NCBI RefSeq assembly: GCF_006345805.1 | Contig: NC_042998.1 | Location: 189,596,001-189,660,000, forward strand | Direction: 5' to 3' | Origin: Octopus sinensis | Lineage: Eukaryota | Length of the DNA stretch: 64,000 bases | In this document: positions 23,161 through 39,728 of the stretch, piece after piece | Position numbering within the stretch: position 1 is the stretch's first letter | Layout of the letters: every line of letters begins with the position of its first letter | Program-made: the position numbers and the translations under genes | Notes under the pieces: generated by a model | Databases searched by the model: none | What the model saw: the letters and a program-made list of their open reading frames with translations, nothing else | What the model was told of the DNA's origin: nothing

Positions 23161-26100
23161 TGTTGTTGTCAGTGAGTGCAACCATTTTTTTTCAAAGCCA
23201 TCCAGCTTTCTCTTTTGATTTTAAAAAGTAAATTGTGGTATTGCCTATGGCTGTATTATGTCATTGAGAATTTGATAGTAAAGTGAAGCACTTTCCATTT
23301 AAAAACCAAAGAATGATTACCATAACCACACTCTGTTTCTCCAATAAATATCTGGTCTCATGTCGGGTCAAATGATAGCAATGCTAAAATAGTACTAAAC
23401 TCTGAGTAAATCTACTTCTGTAATCCATTTTCATTTCGCTTTATGCCACTTCAGTTATATGGTTAATGCAATTAAAAATGACCCGAACATGAAAGCTTTA
23501 TTTTCAGAATGTCGTTTCATACTAAAGTAAGAAGCAAGGTGTAACAAAGTATAAACTAAAAACAGTCCCCACTCCTTAATATCAAGGTGACTCCGTCAAA
23601 TAATCCTTTAGGTGATACTCAATCCACGGTATTTGTTTTATGTCAGTTGATCATCTAAAATATCCAAATACATCTCTTCATATCGTAAAATATATTCTAA
23701 AATACAATGGCTAGTGTTTCGGACTAATTTTATGGTGTGAAGCAGAGAAAAAATTATCATTTTTATCATTTATCATTTCCACTCAGGCAACATTACTAAA
23801 CTAGTAAAAACTAGAAATCGAGAGTTATTGTTGATATTTATTGCCCGCCATTCCCTACTAAAATAATAAAATGCTAAGAACTTTACTGTTGGAACTCTTC
23901 TCTTTTAACCATAGTTTATTTTATGAACATTATTAGATGATCTATACCTTTTCATTTACAAATTAGAATAATTTCAATACAAACTAAACTTTAAGTAAAT
24001 TAAAACAATCTCAAAAGAAGTTAATATAACCTCGAAACAAATTAAAATATCCTTAGAACAAATGAAATATTTAAATAAAAGATAGTAAATGTCTATCCTT
24101 TGAATTGTCTATTTATGGATGACAGAACTCAAAGAGACAGTAGCTTGTCTCAATCTACAAGTACAGATTTTTGACGAAATATCAAATAGGGAGGCAAGGA
24201 AGACTATACAAGAAGTTTGCACTCGAAACTCATATGTGTATAATGTCTATCGCTGAACGAGAAGATTGGGAATTTGTTGCTATTGTACACAATAACAGCA
24301 TATAATTGGATATACAGAGATCACATTTGCACTACAGGGGTGTTTATGGCAAAATAAAGGAAACAAATCAGGAACATATTAAGTAATTTGTGCTGTTTAA
24401 CGAATGCACTCAATTAACATTTGAAGACTTTTTTGTGAACGTCTACATTGAATTTATGGATTGACTGTGTTCCACAAACAGCAACATGTTATGTTGAAGT
24501 AAGAAATTTTTCCCTGAGGCAAGTGCTTTTACAGCTAGAATGTCTGTGCTTTGCATTTACAAACCATGATTTTCATAAACTCCCCTTTTTAAAGGAGTAT
24601 TACCTGTCAAAGTCAAACTGTAATATATTACTCGTTAAGTAAAGGGATTGGGAATGTAGTTTGAGATCACTATTTGATGAGAAAAATATTTAATTTGTCC
24701 TGAGATTGTTTTAATATTTGATGGTTATTTTAATTTTCTTCGAGTTTATTTTAATTTGCTTCATGTTTATTTTAATTTGATTCGAAATTATTTTAATTTG
24801 AATAAGAAAAGGTATAGCGCTTTTATTGCATCTAGATGAATTGAGAATTTCAGAATTAATTAAACAGATAACGAAACTGCTGAATGAAATTTGAACTTAA
24901 AAATCATTTGAGTTGAGCGTCTAACGCCTTGTCTAATTTGCCATTCTTCTCCAGCGAATACTTTTCACTGGAATAATTTTTCGTATCCAGGAAAAAAGAA
25001 TTTGATTCCCTTATGATTCCTCCATAAACTTAAGTTCAATAGTGGTAGAAATTGCCCTTTGTCTTTTATACCTTTACCATTCCTTTCTATACTTCCCCAG
25101 ACTCATTGTTTGTACCACTAACACAACTGAACAATAGTCACTGAACCCATTTCACCTTCTGACTGTGTGTCTCTCGATTTGTAAACATTAGGCGTCCACC
25201 TTCCTCTTCACAATCTTCATCTTTTCATTATTTCTTTCCAACCCATCTATTCCCAACAATAACCAACATTCAACACTTTAAAGAAACACTCACCGTAAAA
25301 TGATTACTTCCCCTTCCCACTCTTCTGCTTCAGAAGGACCAACAAAGGTTAAAGGAAAACTCTTTTTTCTTTGGATCAATACAAGCAAAAAAAAAAAAAG
25401 GAAAGAACGAAACAATAAAGAAACGAATTTCCCTTTCATTCTCCTTGTTTCTTTCTCATGTAATTGATATTAAGTTGGTTTAATCAACTGCCGATGACAG
25501 TGCCTTGTTTTCTGTCTATCTCATGTCAGCTTAGTGTCAGTTGGCACTCCGATATTTTCGCAGCATTGTTTAATCCTCTTAAAGTTTTAACATTATATAG
25601 CTCCTCTACTTGCATAAGTCTCCTCTTTATGACTGACCTTAGAAACGATTTCTGATAACATTTTCGGAAAAGTCAACTTGGAGAAGAAAAACCCCCACTA
25701 AATATCTAGTAAAATTATAAACAAAATTAAAATAAATAACAACAAATAAAAAAAAATATGAGAAAATGTAAATGGAGTAAAACTGATTTTTAGGCTTTTG
25801 AATAGAATGTTGAAAGCAAGTGAAATATGCCACGCTTTTGGTTTTAATTGTGAAATTATATGTATTTTAGTGGTGTTTTTGATGATTCAAACCAATTTCA
25901 TTTAAATTGAAAATGACAAAATAATATTTGTAATGGTATATGAGTAACCCACCTTTATGTAACAATGCATTTTACAATATTACATTCATCACACTTTTCT
26001 AAATTATAGGATAATCAATTGTAGTTGATTTGGAAATTACAATAGTTTATTTAATTTTAAAATATTTCTTCAACTGGAAACTTAGGGAGTGTCTCTTATT

Positions 26101-29100
26101 AATTATCATCATTACTTTTGTAAATTTCAAAATGGTGTGGTAGGGGTAGTGGTGCCGTGTGGTAGGAAAACGTCCTTGGTTTAGGCTGTTAGAAATTCAA
26201 GATATCAATATAGACGAGAATAAAAAAAAAAACACAATAAGACTATAGTTTAGGAGAAATATTGTTTGGACATTGAGTTAAGTTGTTTAATATCTTGGCG
26301 AGAAGAATCAATGAGATTGTTGTAGTTGGGAACAACTACAAATATGATAATTGTGTTACATTCGAGATAAGATATTCTGCTAAAGCTACTGGAAATCTTC
26401 ATACTTTAATCTTAAGTTATTCCCAGCTAAGTGAGACAGTAGATTAAAATAGATCTCAATACAAAAGATAGAAAGTATAGCGCTTCAGTGGAAAATATGT
26501 TATTTTGCCGCAAACAGTGCTGATGAATCAAACTTATTTTGAATGGCTTTCCAACCGTAACAATTTCAATCGTTACTTTGATACAGAGTGTTTTTAAAGA
26601 TAGTTTAATACCACCACGTGACTGTTTAGCGGAATCTCAGTAACAAGTTTTTGAGCCCACCAGTTCCAGAAACCTCGCAGAAAGCTCATGGTCAGTGCCT
26701 TTCCGCCACTTGAGAAATAAATAACTACATTATTAATGTCGTCTTCCCTTTAAAAAAGTATTCTTCCCTTTAAAAACGTCAAGCGTAATTTGAAAGAGAA
26801 TTAGCTGTTTTAGTGGAATGAACCACTGCACAGAGATCCCTCTCATTTGCATACTTGTGCTTGCTGTCATGGCTCAAACCAAATTGTCAAAGAAATAGTT
26901 TTGAAGTTCCGATAAGGATATAGTTAAATTATTCCTGAAAAATTTCTTAGGTGTTTAAAGCAAACCTAGCGGTGATTGTTGTTACTTTAGTGTCAAAACA
27001 TTTGTGGAAAAATGTGTATTTGTTATATGTGCATTCAAATAATCTTTCGTAGTTGATTTTGATTAAATATAGCTGCACATATGAATATTCTAATTATATT
27101 ACATGTGTAAATAAATTCTTTCGATGATAGATGTACATATAAAAACTGCATACTTGTATACTCTCTGGATATTAACAAATATATATTCTCTTACAGAGGC
27201 ATGTATAAGCATAAATATATTTATATATAAGTGTACATATGTTCATGTTTGTGTGGTTTGGAGAAAGGGCTGTGAGATCTCTAAGCAAAACAGCATCACA
27301 AAAACTCATACAAAATTAGAATCCAATAAAGACAAATTAGTATTTGAGAATTAACTTTAGTAATTTGGGGTTGTATTAAATTCTTTCGTTAATTTAACTG
27401 TCAATTTATCGATATAAGTTTATAAGCTGTGCTGCAGTTTCAGTACTGTTTTAGCTTTCATGTCACCCCTCAGAGTGGCTCCAACCACAACCATATAATC
27501 TTTTATTCAGACATTCAGTGTATCTATGACAACATTACCCATATGATGACAGGCTGTGTAAATTGAGGGGCAAATTGGCTAGCATGTTGAATAAAGTGTT
27601 CTATTTAAAATCTCAACTGTTTTGATGAGATTGAAGTACTTATGAACATTGTAGGGGACTGCAATAATTTGTTTCAAAGCGAATCTTTTGCTGAAGTTCC
27701 TTTAAGATAATGGGATTTTAAAATTGCCAATGCCATTATCTTTCAAATACCTTGTGTTGTTTTATAATGTTCTGGTGTTTCTTTTGTCTTTTCTTTTGTT
27801 TACTTTTTTACAGTTTAAGTACTTGCTCTGAAATTACCCTTGCACGCACCGTAGAAACTCGATAAATTAGAATTTCAACTGTGCATAAATTACCGAAGAG
27901 GCATAATTCTCTAACTGGCAATTGCATTTACCTCCCTTTCTCCATTATTAGTTTGGTGATAAATGATTATGAGATTAATTTACGTGTTTTTGAAGTTGAT
28001 GGGTGACGGCAATTTGCAATGATGCTCACAATATTCACAATAGAACTATGGCACTTAAAATTTTGTCGGTTAAATTGTTTCAAATATTTATGCTCTGTTG
28101 GAAACGCTTCTGAATCAGATTTAAACAATTCTTAGGAATACCAGGGTTCACACTGGGGATGTTATGGTTGAACTAGATTATGTTGCAGATACGGAACTTT
28201 TGCGATGTATATGAGCTTTCCATTTTGTTTTCGATATGTATTGGGATATAAATATGGCAATATTTGCAGTTACTATATTGTCAAGCTCTAATTCTTTAAA
28301 AAAGAACTAATTCTTTTCTTATTTTATCTAGATTAAGTCCGTTTATGCTATGTCTAAGATGCTAAATCTAGACCTAAGTTTGTCTTGGATGAATTATTGA
28401 GTTAGATCGCAGACTTCAGCTCCTTCTATGATACTTAATGCAACATCAAATTGATCACTGGTATTTCTTATGCATGCAGAGTCTCTGGTTGAAAAGCAAT
28501 AACGTTTTGACTTTCTGGTGTACATGATTACACATTGACTCATATATACGCGATAGTACAAAACATATTAATGTCAAATATAAATTAAAACCCATAAATA
28601 TGTGAATTAGAAGTTCGCTTCGCAATAATAACGTAATTTCATATTCGAGCTTACCTGAAACAAAGGTCTTCTGCCATAGGCTTGTGTTGACCCGAATACA
28701 TTGAGAGAAATTAGATAAACGGAAACTGTATATATTGTTTTCGGTAGTGGTTTTAATTCGTCGGTACTTTAACAGTATTACCTGGTTATTGGTACCTTTA
28801 ACGGAGTCCACTTTTCTGGTACGTAAATGAACCAAGTCTCCGGCCTGAGATTAACCAATGAGTCATAAACTGTTCTTCCATTTCCCCCACAAGTTTCAGA
28901 CGTCCTGCAAAAAAGGTCATGGGTGCTGGCTTTTTTTTAACTGACTAAGTGATAAAAAAAAGAGAAATTATATTTATTACCGACTCTACAGTTCCTAGGA
29001 AATCATAACTTGGAAACAGTAATCCCTGATTCCTTAGTCACTCTCAGTACATTGAATACATAACTTAATCGTTCTTTTTTCCCCTCATTGAGTTGCCATA

Positions 29101-30813
29101 TTTCAATGTTTCCTCCATCAACCTGCAACAGTTTAGGTGGATAATCATCAATATTCACAATGTCTTTTTTTTTAAAAATTTCTTTTAAATAAGATTTTGC
29201 CACAAAGGTATAACTTGTTTAAGTATACTAATGATAGTGAAACAGTAGAATTCAAAGACACTAGTAATGGTCTGCATCGTTATACTAATAATATAGGATG
29301 GGGCTTAAACATTTAGTGTAGTAGGCCTAACATCTTTTAGTTAATTAAAGTTACAACCAAAGTAAAGAAGAAAATCATTAGCTTTAATTATGATTTATAC
29401 GCAAGAAATGTTAGGGAGAAACATTGATTGGGGCAATATTGAGGGAACTGAACCAGTCGTTTGGGTTACAGTTCTGGACATGTTTCGGTTTACTCAGTGA
29501 AGTATAATCTTACCAGTATCTGTCAGATCATAAATGACTTAAAAGTTAAAACAGACTTGTCATTTTCATTTCTACGAACACTTGTATCCAAATATCATGA
29601 AAATATTAAAACTAGTTGAGATTGAAACTGAATTGAATCCCTTAGTAAATTCTTAATTATACTATTTTAGAGAATTAAGGAGGTAAAAACTTCTTGTCAA
29701 ATTTTTCTTATAATATCTATGCCAGATTTGACTCTATTTTATGCTTAAGGTTTATAGATATGTTCGAGTTTTACTTGCTTCGTAAGCGATTTAGTCTGAA
29801 ATTATGTGTTTGAACAAAGAGGATTAAATGATAGAAACATTGTGATTATTAAGACACACACGATTGTATCCCCATTTATTGTATTATTTTGCTAAATAAT
29901 AATAATATATTACTAAGTAATATACACTTGCGATCTGGTCACTGATACTATTTTATTGTATCTATTATGGTAATTTGGCTTCCATCTTTCCAAGATTCAT
30001 AAAATAAAGTTCCAGTAATATATTGAAGTTTCAGTCAATGGATAATACTAATTTTCTATAAATTTGTTGCCCTTTGTGGCAACGTAAGAGATCCTAGTTT
30101 CATAAGAACTGTCTTTGTGTTGAGTTTTTGCAAGAACCGTCTTTTATAGTCTGACCGAAATCAACGTTTTAAGCACAAATTAGTTGAAAATAAAAGATTA
30201 TTCTAAATTCTATTTTGAAATATTATTTAATTTATTTCACGAATGGTGGAACCGGCATTCTATCATCTTTGAGGAAAGAAATAAGATTGCATTCATATTT
30301 ATCTGCATTAAAGAAAATGGAACATTCAGCTATTATTTTCTATCTCGTTTAGAATTTCCCTGGGTGTTGCCTCCGAATCTTTCTTCTGTTTCATAAACAT
30401 CCTTTAAAAAATACGAAACCGATATAAATGATGCCTTATAGCAATCTTTCATCTACTTAGTCATGTATGCAATTTTAATCAGCGCAGTTTAAAATTCTTT
30501 ATAAGAAATTGACCTATAGGAGTTAAAAATCAGTCAAGATTAAATTTTCTCATTTTCCCCCATATATTATAATTAATTCATGCTTTGGTGGAGTGGGGAA
30601 TTTTATGTTTTCGTCTTGTTTGAGCTATAAAATAGTAAAATAGTACCACACTTTTCCTGAGTTCTGTTCAATTGACTGTATCACCTTCCCTCACGTGTGA
30701 GATTTTGTGTTTAGACAAAAATCCATTAGTTAACTGCTTTTCTTCAAAAACCCTGTTGGACCCAAAAAGCCATTGGTGACAGAGAACAAATGTTTGTATG
30801 TGTATATATGTAT

Positions 30814-30909
<96 letters not shown>

Positions 30910-31584
30910 TATACATATGTGTGTGTGTGCTGAGGGTTCTATAAAAATCCAGGTAAAAGCTGCATGAAAGTATATTTCATGTGGGAGCTTCATGGAAAAA
31001 ATAGGTTTCTGGCGCATATTTAACTCGATTTTCCTTTCAAGCTAAATATATTTTATATAACTCGAAATAATTCACATCTTACTATTATTTATTATTCTTC
31101 CCTGATAATCAGAAGCTTTGTTCTTTTATTCCTTTATTCGTCTAATGATTTCAGCTATTTCAGCTATTTAGCTGTGGTCATGCTGGGATGCCATCGTTTA
31201 CTTAGTAATCTATATTTTATTGCTTGCATAATAAAGAACAGTAAATTGGCAGAATCGAAAAAAGTCTGCGGCAACATTTGTTCAGGCCCTTTACACTGAG
31301 TTTAAATCCTAGTAAAAATCAGTTTTGCCTTTAACCTTTTAGGGGTCGATAAGATAAAATGCCAGTCAAGCCTTTCACTTGTATACTTTATTTAATCAGC
31401 TACTTTAATGCCCAGAAAGTTGCTGGAAGTTTGCTTAAATTTGAAACAAATATTTGTATATGTATATGTTTAGAGATGCAATAAATTATATTTTCAGTCA
31501 AAGCAAAAACTATAAAAACAAATAACTGAAGAGGATGGGTGAATCAAACGACTTAAGTGTCATGATTCACCTTAGTATAGTTAA

Positions 31585-31759
31585 GGCGGCGAGCTGGCAG
31601 AACCGTTAGCACGCCGGGTGAAATGCGTAGCCGTATTTCGTCTGCCGTTACGTTCTGAGTTCAAAGTTACGCACTAGGGTCGATGTAATCGACTTAATCC
31701 GTTTGTCTGTCCTTGTTTGTCCCCTCTATGTTTAGCCCCTTGTGGGTAATAAAGAAACA
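31585..31759 (+). mobile_element. SINE (tail A) with internal deletion
   Basis: 22-bp TSD GATTCACCTTAGTATAGTTAAG at 31564-31585 and 31760-31781; the sequence jumps from the B box (TCAAA) to GTTACGCAC. Confidence 0.9.
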
Positions 31760-33788
31760 GATTCACCTTAGTATAGTTAAGACTACATAGTTTCCATCGA
31801 AATCTATGTAGAAAACTAATATTTAATCTCTGCTAATATGGGTTTGGCAATATTAATTGCAAAATACACACAAGATAGTCAGTTCTGCACACACAGCCAG
31901 TTCTGCACACACTGAAGCATAAACATATATTTCGTTTGCATCTATAAGTTATGATTAAACATTTACTTAGAGAAAGCCAGTACCACGATTCTGGTTCTTA
32001 TTAGTTCCTATGCAACCAGACTTACATATTCTTGGAATATATTGTTACTGAGTTGTTTAGCCTATCTAAGTACTAACCGGGGAGATTTGACTCTTATAGC
32101 TAGTAGATTTGACTATTGAATTAGTAGAATCTATAGGTATCTGGAATTTATTATCAGTAAATTTAAATCACTCTTTTCCAGCACATGATATTACGTAACT
32201 ATAGTTTGACATTTCATTCATAAATTTCACTAGAAGTGCAGTTTATTAAGAGAAGCTTTTGCAAAGTTTATGGAATTCATTTATTTTCTAATTGTATATA
32301 TGTGGATAGATTTCCGTCCCCAGAACTCAGCTATAAATTAAATCTGAATAGCCAGCTCACGTTACTTTTGCAGCCTAACTCCGGCAAACAAAGTCGTAGT
32401 CAACCAGTAATGCCTGGAAACGAACTTGATGGGAATCACTATGGAGTTAGCATTGAAGCGTAACAAGAAGATGCGGCTATATTAAATGATGTTCGCTTTT
32501 GTGAGCTGGAGTACCCAAGTGTTAAGTGATAAGTAATGTCTTATTCCAATACGAAGAAAGTAAAGGGTTAGAAAAATTTAAATAAATAATACAAAAGAAA
32601 GAAAATATATACGAAATCTGATTTTTATTAACTAAAAATTTTAATACATAAATACTTTCGTATAGTCAAGTACACATAAATAAGCATTTGCTTACTTCGT
32701 GTCAACCCAAACACCCAAAATATACAGAAAAATCATACGGAACATTCGTACACACAAAGCTTCTATATATAACAACTTGAGAAATATTTCCTTAATTCCT
32801 GGTATGAATGTTGAGTATCTTTAAATTCTAAAAGTAAAATATTTCAATTGTAATTCACTATCAATGATTTAACTGACATTATTTGAAGAGGAATTAGATG
32901 ACGAGGACGACGACAAATAAATAGGGGGGGAAGACGTGAGGGGTGAGAAGAACAAAACAAGTAGTAAAAAAAAAAGAAGGATTTTTTAACGATAATTTAC
33001 GATTAGAGTTCATTCGTTCTGTTTTTTTTCCAAGTTTATATTTATATATTTCATAAATGTATGTTAATATATGCATATAATTTAATAATTATCTATGTCT
33101 GCACTTACGAGTATGTATGACCGAATGTTAATACAACAAGACAAGGTAATCTGAGCAGTGGATGCAGGATCTATCACAGAGTACAGCTGAGATTCACATT
33201 CTGATCTCATTGGTGAGGAACGGGAAGTGAGGTATAAAATCATCACTGTTTAGAATGTATAATATATTTCATATGATAGTGGAGCTTAAATGTAAAAGTA
33301 TCTGTGATATAGTTACGTTTGTGGATGCAACCAGCAAATCTCACACATTCATATAAAACTTCACTATGAATACGTTTATGAATGCTTGTATATTTTATAC
33401 AGTACGTATTTTAGTCTCATATTTTATCCATCTGAACAAAATTATAATACATTGGACTACTATTTCTATTGTTTATTTGTATTTGAATGTTGCATGTATC
33501 TTCGCAATATATAAATACTATAGTTTTGAAAAACCAAATGTTGATCTAATTTAGATTCATTTTGTAGTAAAGGTAATTCGTGTCTCCGAAATGCCTCGTT
33601 TGCTGACCGCTTCGATGCGAGATATATTTGCTCAGAGCCGACAGAAACTCAATCCACTGAAACAAATATGGTACGCGCCTGCACACACACACACACACAC
33701 ATGTGCATATATATATTCTTATGTACATATATATATATACATATATACATGTAAATATATATATATATATGAATATATACATATGCGC

Positions 33789-33846
<58 letters not shown>

Positions 33847-35071
33847 ATATATGGATATATATGCAGATATGATGTACAAGAATTTAATGAAAAAAAAAAT
33901 ACGAAAGAGAGACGTGGAGTGAAGTACAGATGTTGATATAGTCCTGGTTTAGGTTTAAATTTTTACTTAGAGTTTCCTGGTGCGAATTACAATAATGCAA
34001 TCAACCGTATAGTGCACTTTTTTTCTTACAGATGGAAAGCTAAGCCAAATATTTACATGGGATCTATTAGGTCACATGATATTAAGGTTGTTTTTCCCTA
34101 TATTAGTATTTCGGATAACGCATACGACTAAGTAAACTACCAGTCATTTGGCGCGAAGTGTCCCAAGGTAAACAAAAAAGTCTCAGGACAAGGAAATTAC
34201 AGTTGGATTATCGCAGACAGAATCAATATGATGAAACGGATCAAGGGAGATATCCAACGTTCAATCTCGTGATGATATCAATTTCCAAATATTAAGAAAA
34301 GATGCATGATGATATAACAGGGTTACTGAGTGAGGAGATTGCTAGAGCTTATTCAAAAATTACCTGTTCAAATCGGTGATGGTTAACTTCTATAGCTTCG
34401 CACAACTACTGGATCATACTGATAATCAAATAGTAACGTTCTTTTTTACTCAGTAACCTTGTTCATTAATTGATAATACGTCTATTCTTAAACTCTAACT
34501 CTACTTCTATTATTCTTTGATCTCATCCATCACATTAACTTAGTCTAAGGACGACTCCCAATAATAAGTTTCGCTCCTAATACATTCTATTGTTTACCTA
34601 TGAACTTTGCCTGCTAATTAGTAGGTATTTTATTTAAATAGTTAGACACGGAAACTTTAATGCTCCTATAAGGTAAACTATGCGCTTATACTCGTGATTC
34701 TCTAAGTGAACTGCGTTCATTATATCAATTCGCAGTGATAGCGGATATACTCAATATGAACCCAACTTGTTCCGAACAATTATACAATCCATTGATTGTA
34801 TTATACAATCCATCGATTGGTGGGAAACTCCGAGTAACGGTATTTTAACCTATACAACGACTATATCAACAATGCCAATATTAATATGTCCAGTAGTCTT
34901 CCACCAGTTTGTACTCCAAAATCTGCACGCATATATATGTATATATATATATATAATATATATATATATATATAATATATATATATATATTTGTGTGTGT
35001 GTGTATGTATATATATATATAATGTATTCATACATATACATATATTTATCTATTTCTTTATGTATGTATCT

Positions 35072-35112
<41 letters not shown>

Positions 35113-36527
35113 TGTATGTATATGATATATATCACTATGTGTGTGTGTTTATGATATATATATATATATCATATTTTTCATTGGTAATTCCAGTTACTTT
35201 TCACTTGAAACACTTTCATGAACATTTTTTTTTTTACAGAAATATGTATTAATTTTCTTTAAATTCCATCAGGGCCTCCAGCCACACAATTACAAATTTG
35301 AAATTTTATTCAGTCATTCGCATAATGATGACAAACTCAATCTTTCTATTCAAAACTGCCTCTTCCATGGTTTGCATTTCAGCAGAAGATTATCCCAGGT
35401 CGTTTGTGTCACAACTGCTTGTAAATCTTCAAAACATTTAATTTTAGACCAGAGTCAACATAAAAACAACGTAATAGTTTTCTGGTAATGCTTTTATAGA
35501 TCAATTCTGAAACATTTATATTCTCTAATATTTTAAGTGTGTGTTTGTGTGCATGTGTGTTTCAGTGTTTGTAAAGGATATACGTATCTGAATACTGATA
35601 TATATATATATACATATATGCATGTTATTTACGCCTGTATATATGTGTATATATGTATGCATATATCTATATTTATATAATTATATGTATATATCTATAT
35701 ATATATATACTTGTATGTACGTACATATGTATACATGTCCCCGACACATACACACACACCACACACTCATATATATATATACATTGGAGACATACACGCA
35801 CACATATGTATGCATGTGTCGTGTATGCATTTATATACATAAATATATATATACATATACAAGCATATGTGTATACATATATGACATGTGTATTGATATG
35901 CTTGTAAGTATATGTATGAGTAACCGTGCTATAATGTATGACCGGCTTTTTCAGTATAAATATCTTTAGATTCCTTGTCTTTCTATAAAACTCTCCTTAT
36001 AATTATGAGATCTCTGTATTTCCTCTGATTTTTCTCCAGGATATCTTTCCAACATCGTTGAAAAATCTCCAAGTAGTTGAGCAAAATCTGATTGCAATAA
36101 TTTGTAATAACAAAGCAAATCGTTAAACAACTACCAAGGTAAAAAGTGAGTGTATACACGCACACATACACAAACACATATACACAGATACACACACCTA
36201 CGCACGCGCTTACACATACACATACACACACACAAGATGTTTACAATTACTTGTCTACAACAGAGAAGCAAACAGTGTCACCCAGTGATCTCAAGGCCTG
36301 GTCTTAAGTACTGTAGTCTGGATGATCACGCTTTGTTATATAAATACTTATAGGAGGCGCCAGAGTTTGTTTGGCATAATCGGTAACGCGGTCGCCTAGG
36401 TTCGAGTCCTGTGACCCTGTTCTCTATCTATGCTTTTGTTTTATTTAATGATTGTAAATGCCTTAAATATTTTATATTCATTACCGCACGTTAACGTGAA
36501 ATCACACACGCCACACACGCACACACA

Positions 36528-36573
<46 letters not shown>

Positions 36574-37329
36574 GATTCACACATATACACACACACATGT
36601 GCACACATACGTGTGTATGTCTATGTGTGTATGTGTGTCTGTGTATGTATGCTCTCTTAAAAACAGCCTTCTCCAAAACATTATTTAATCTGTATTCCGA
36701 CGTATCTCGCCTACTCATTGTAATAGAGTACAAAGAAAGGTACGCTTGTGGGTACCGTGTGGCCCTCTCAAAACTGACATTTATCTTGCGATTATTATAA
36801 GCGGAGTAAATAGGTTTTGATCTCTTCATGGCTTTAACAAAGAAATTGGTGGGACATCCGAAGAGCAAAAGGCTTCAAAAATGGATCGTCATCGTACACA
36901 TATACATATGCATGCATACATGCATATACACTTACGTATACATGTACACGTACATATAATAAATTATTGTACCAGCTGCAGCAGGAAAACGAAAAGCGAT
37001 GTGAACTAGTGTGGCATAATTTATTTGTTTGTAACGGGGCTGGAAAATACCGAGAGACCATTAACATATTCCAGTAAAATGTACGCCGATGCTTCGAGAA
37101 ATGTTGACTGGAATCCCACCACGTGATAACTTGTTAAATTAACCTTTTTTCCCTATATATCTTAATGTTGATGTTTTGCATTTCACATGTACAAATTCAT
37201 TTAAAGATACACGTTTTATGAGTGTTGAGTATTAACGTTTACTATATTCCTCAATATTTTGTATAAGATGCACAGCTTGTTTACAAGGATTCATATATTT
37301 TCTTCTTTCAGTGTTATGTAATTTGTCAA

Positions 37330-38715
<1,386 letters not shown>

Positions 38716-39336
38716 TAGACAGAAATCTGTGTCACACTTATCATACAATATATTGCCGGAAACAGACAATATGAATCAAAACCTGGAAGAGACACACATA
38801 TATATATGTCGGGGATGACATTAAAAAATGTACCACTGCTTGCTCCAACGGCATCTTTTGTGAAAACCGTTGGGCAGAAGCTTTACTTTTTTGATTTTTT
38901 TCTATATGACCGTTTTGAAACGTCATTCAGAATCTTAAATATACTCGAACTTACAAGTTTATTTCGTTATAAATGAGCATGCTTTTTATTCTTCTTTCTA
39001 TGCACTCTACATAGCGTCAAAATTTAATGTGCATTTTCACGTTCTTTGTCGGTGAGTTCACGGTTTAGCGTTATATCAACTTTCAATAAAAGTTTGTTTT
39101 TACAATATATATTTTCTGTTTGTTAAAGAGTTTTAGTTCTCTGTTTCCATTTATTTATTATAATTCAATTTATTATATCAGATTCCATATATCTGCTATA
39201 TATTGTTAGCCTTAGTTTTGATGCACATATTCGCATACTTGATTCACATATTGATCCCTTTCTATATATTTTCTGTTTGTTTCGTGGTTCAATTTATTTT
39301 CATAAGTTATTTGGTATGTTTATAATGTTTATGGTT

Positions 39337-39728
39337 TTAGTAAACTTCCACATGATTCTGTGTGGAAGCTGGTGGATATTCGATATAACCTTGTTGGGAA
39401 TTTTCGTTTACGTCTGCTTGAATCATACGTGATGCATTTGGAGGCCCGGTTAGCATAGGTAACGCCTCCAAGGAAAGCATCTGTTGTGATGAGATAGGGA
39501 TGTTGTTCGGAGATTGTCGGCCAAGGTAGGGCGTGGCTGGTCGTAAACCATTGAAATGTCCCCAGCCACCGTCCATCGGAGGGGTTCCCGGCGGGACGAT
39601 TGGAACAGGCCCCATAATGGGCTCGTGGTCTACGGTCTGTCCCGGGTTGTAAAGATCTCCAGACAGTCGACCGCCACTGCCGCCAGCGCCAGAAATGCTA
39701 CCTGGATGCTCGAGATCATCTATGTCAT
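39337..39728 (-). CDS. Lhx3: Lhx3/4 terminal coding exon (Pro/Gly/Ser-rich C-terminus, ends at TAA)
   Basis: Long polypyrimidine acceptor ttttttttctttag|ATGAC. Phase 1 matches the homeobox exon donor (A+AT = Asn). 392 nt open to TAA. GC-rich coding-like composition against an AT-rich background. Ends ...GYIEYPPASTQNHVEVY*. Confidence 0.88.

Noticed and set aside
36355-36415. tRNA-like A box (TGGCATAATCGG) and B box (GGTTCGAGTCC)
   Set aside because: The spacing is too short for an anticodon arm and there is no acceptor stem; at best a decayed SINE head, not a tRNA gene.
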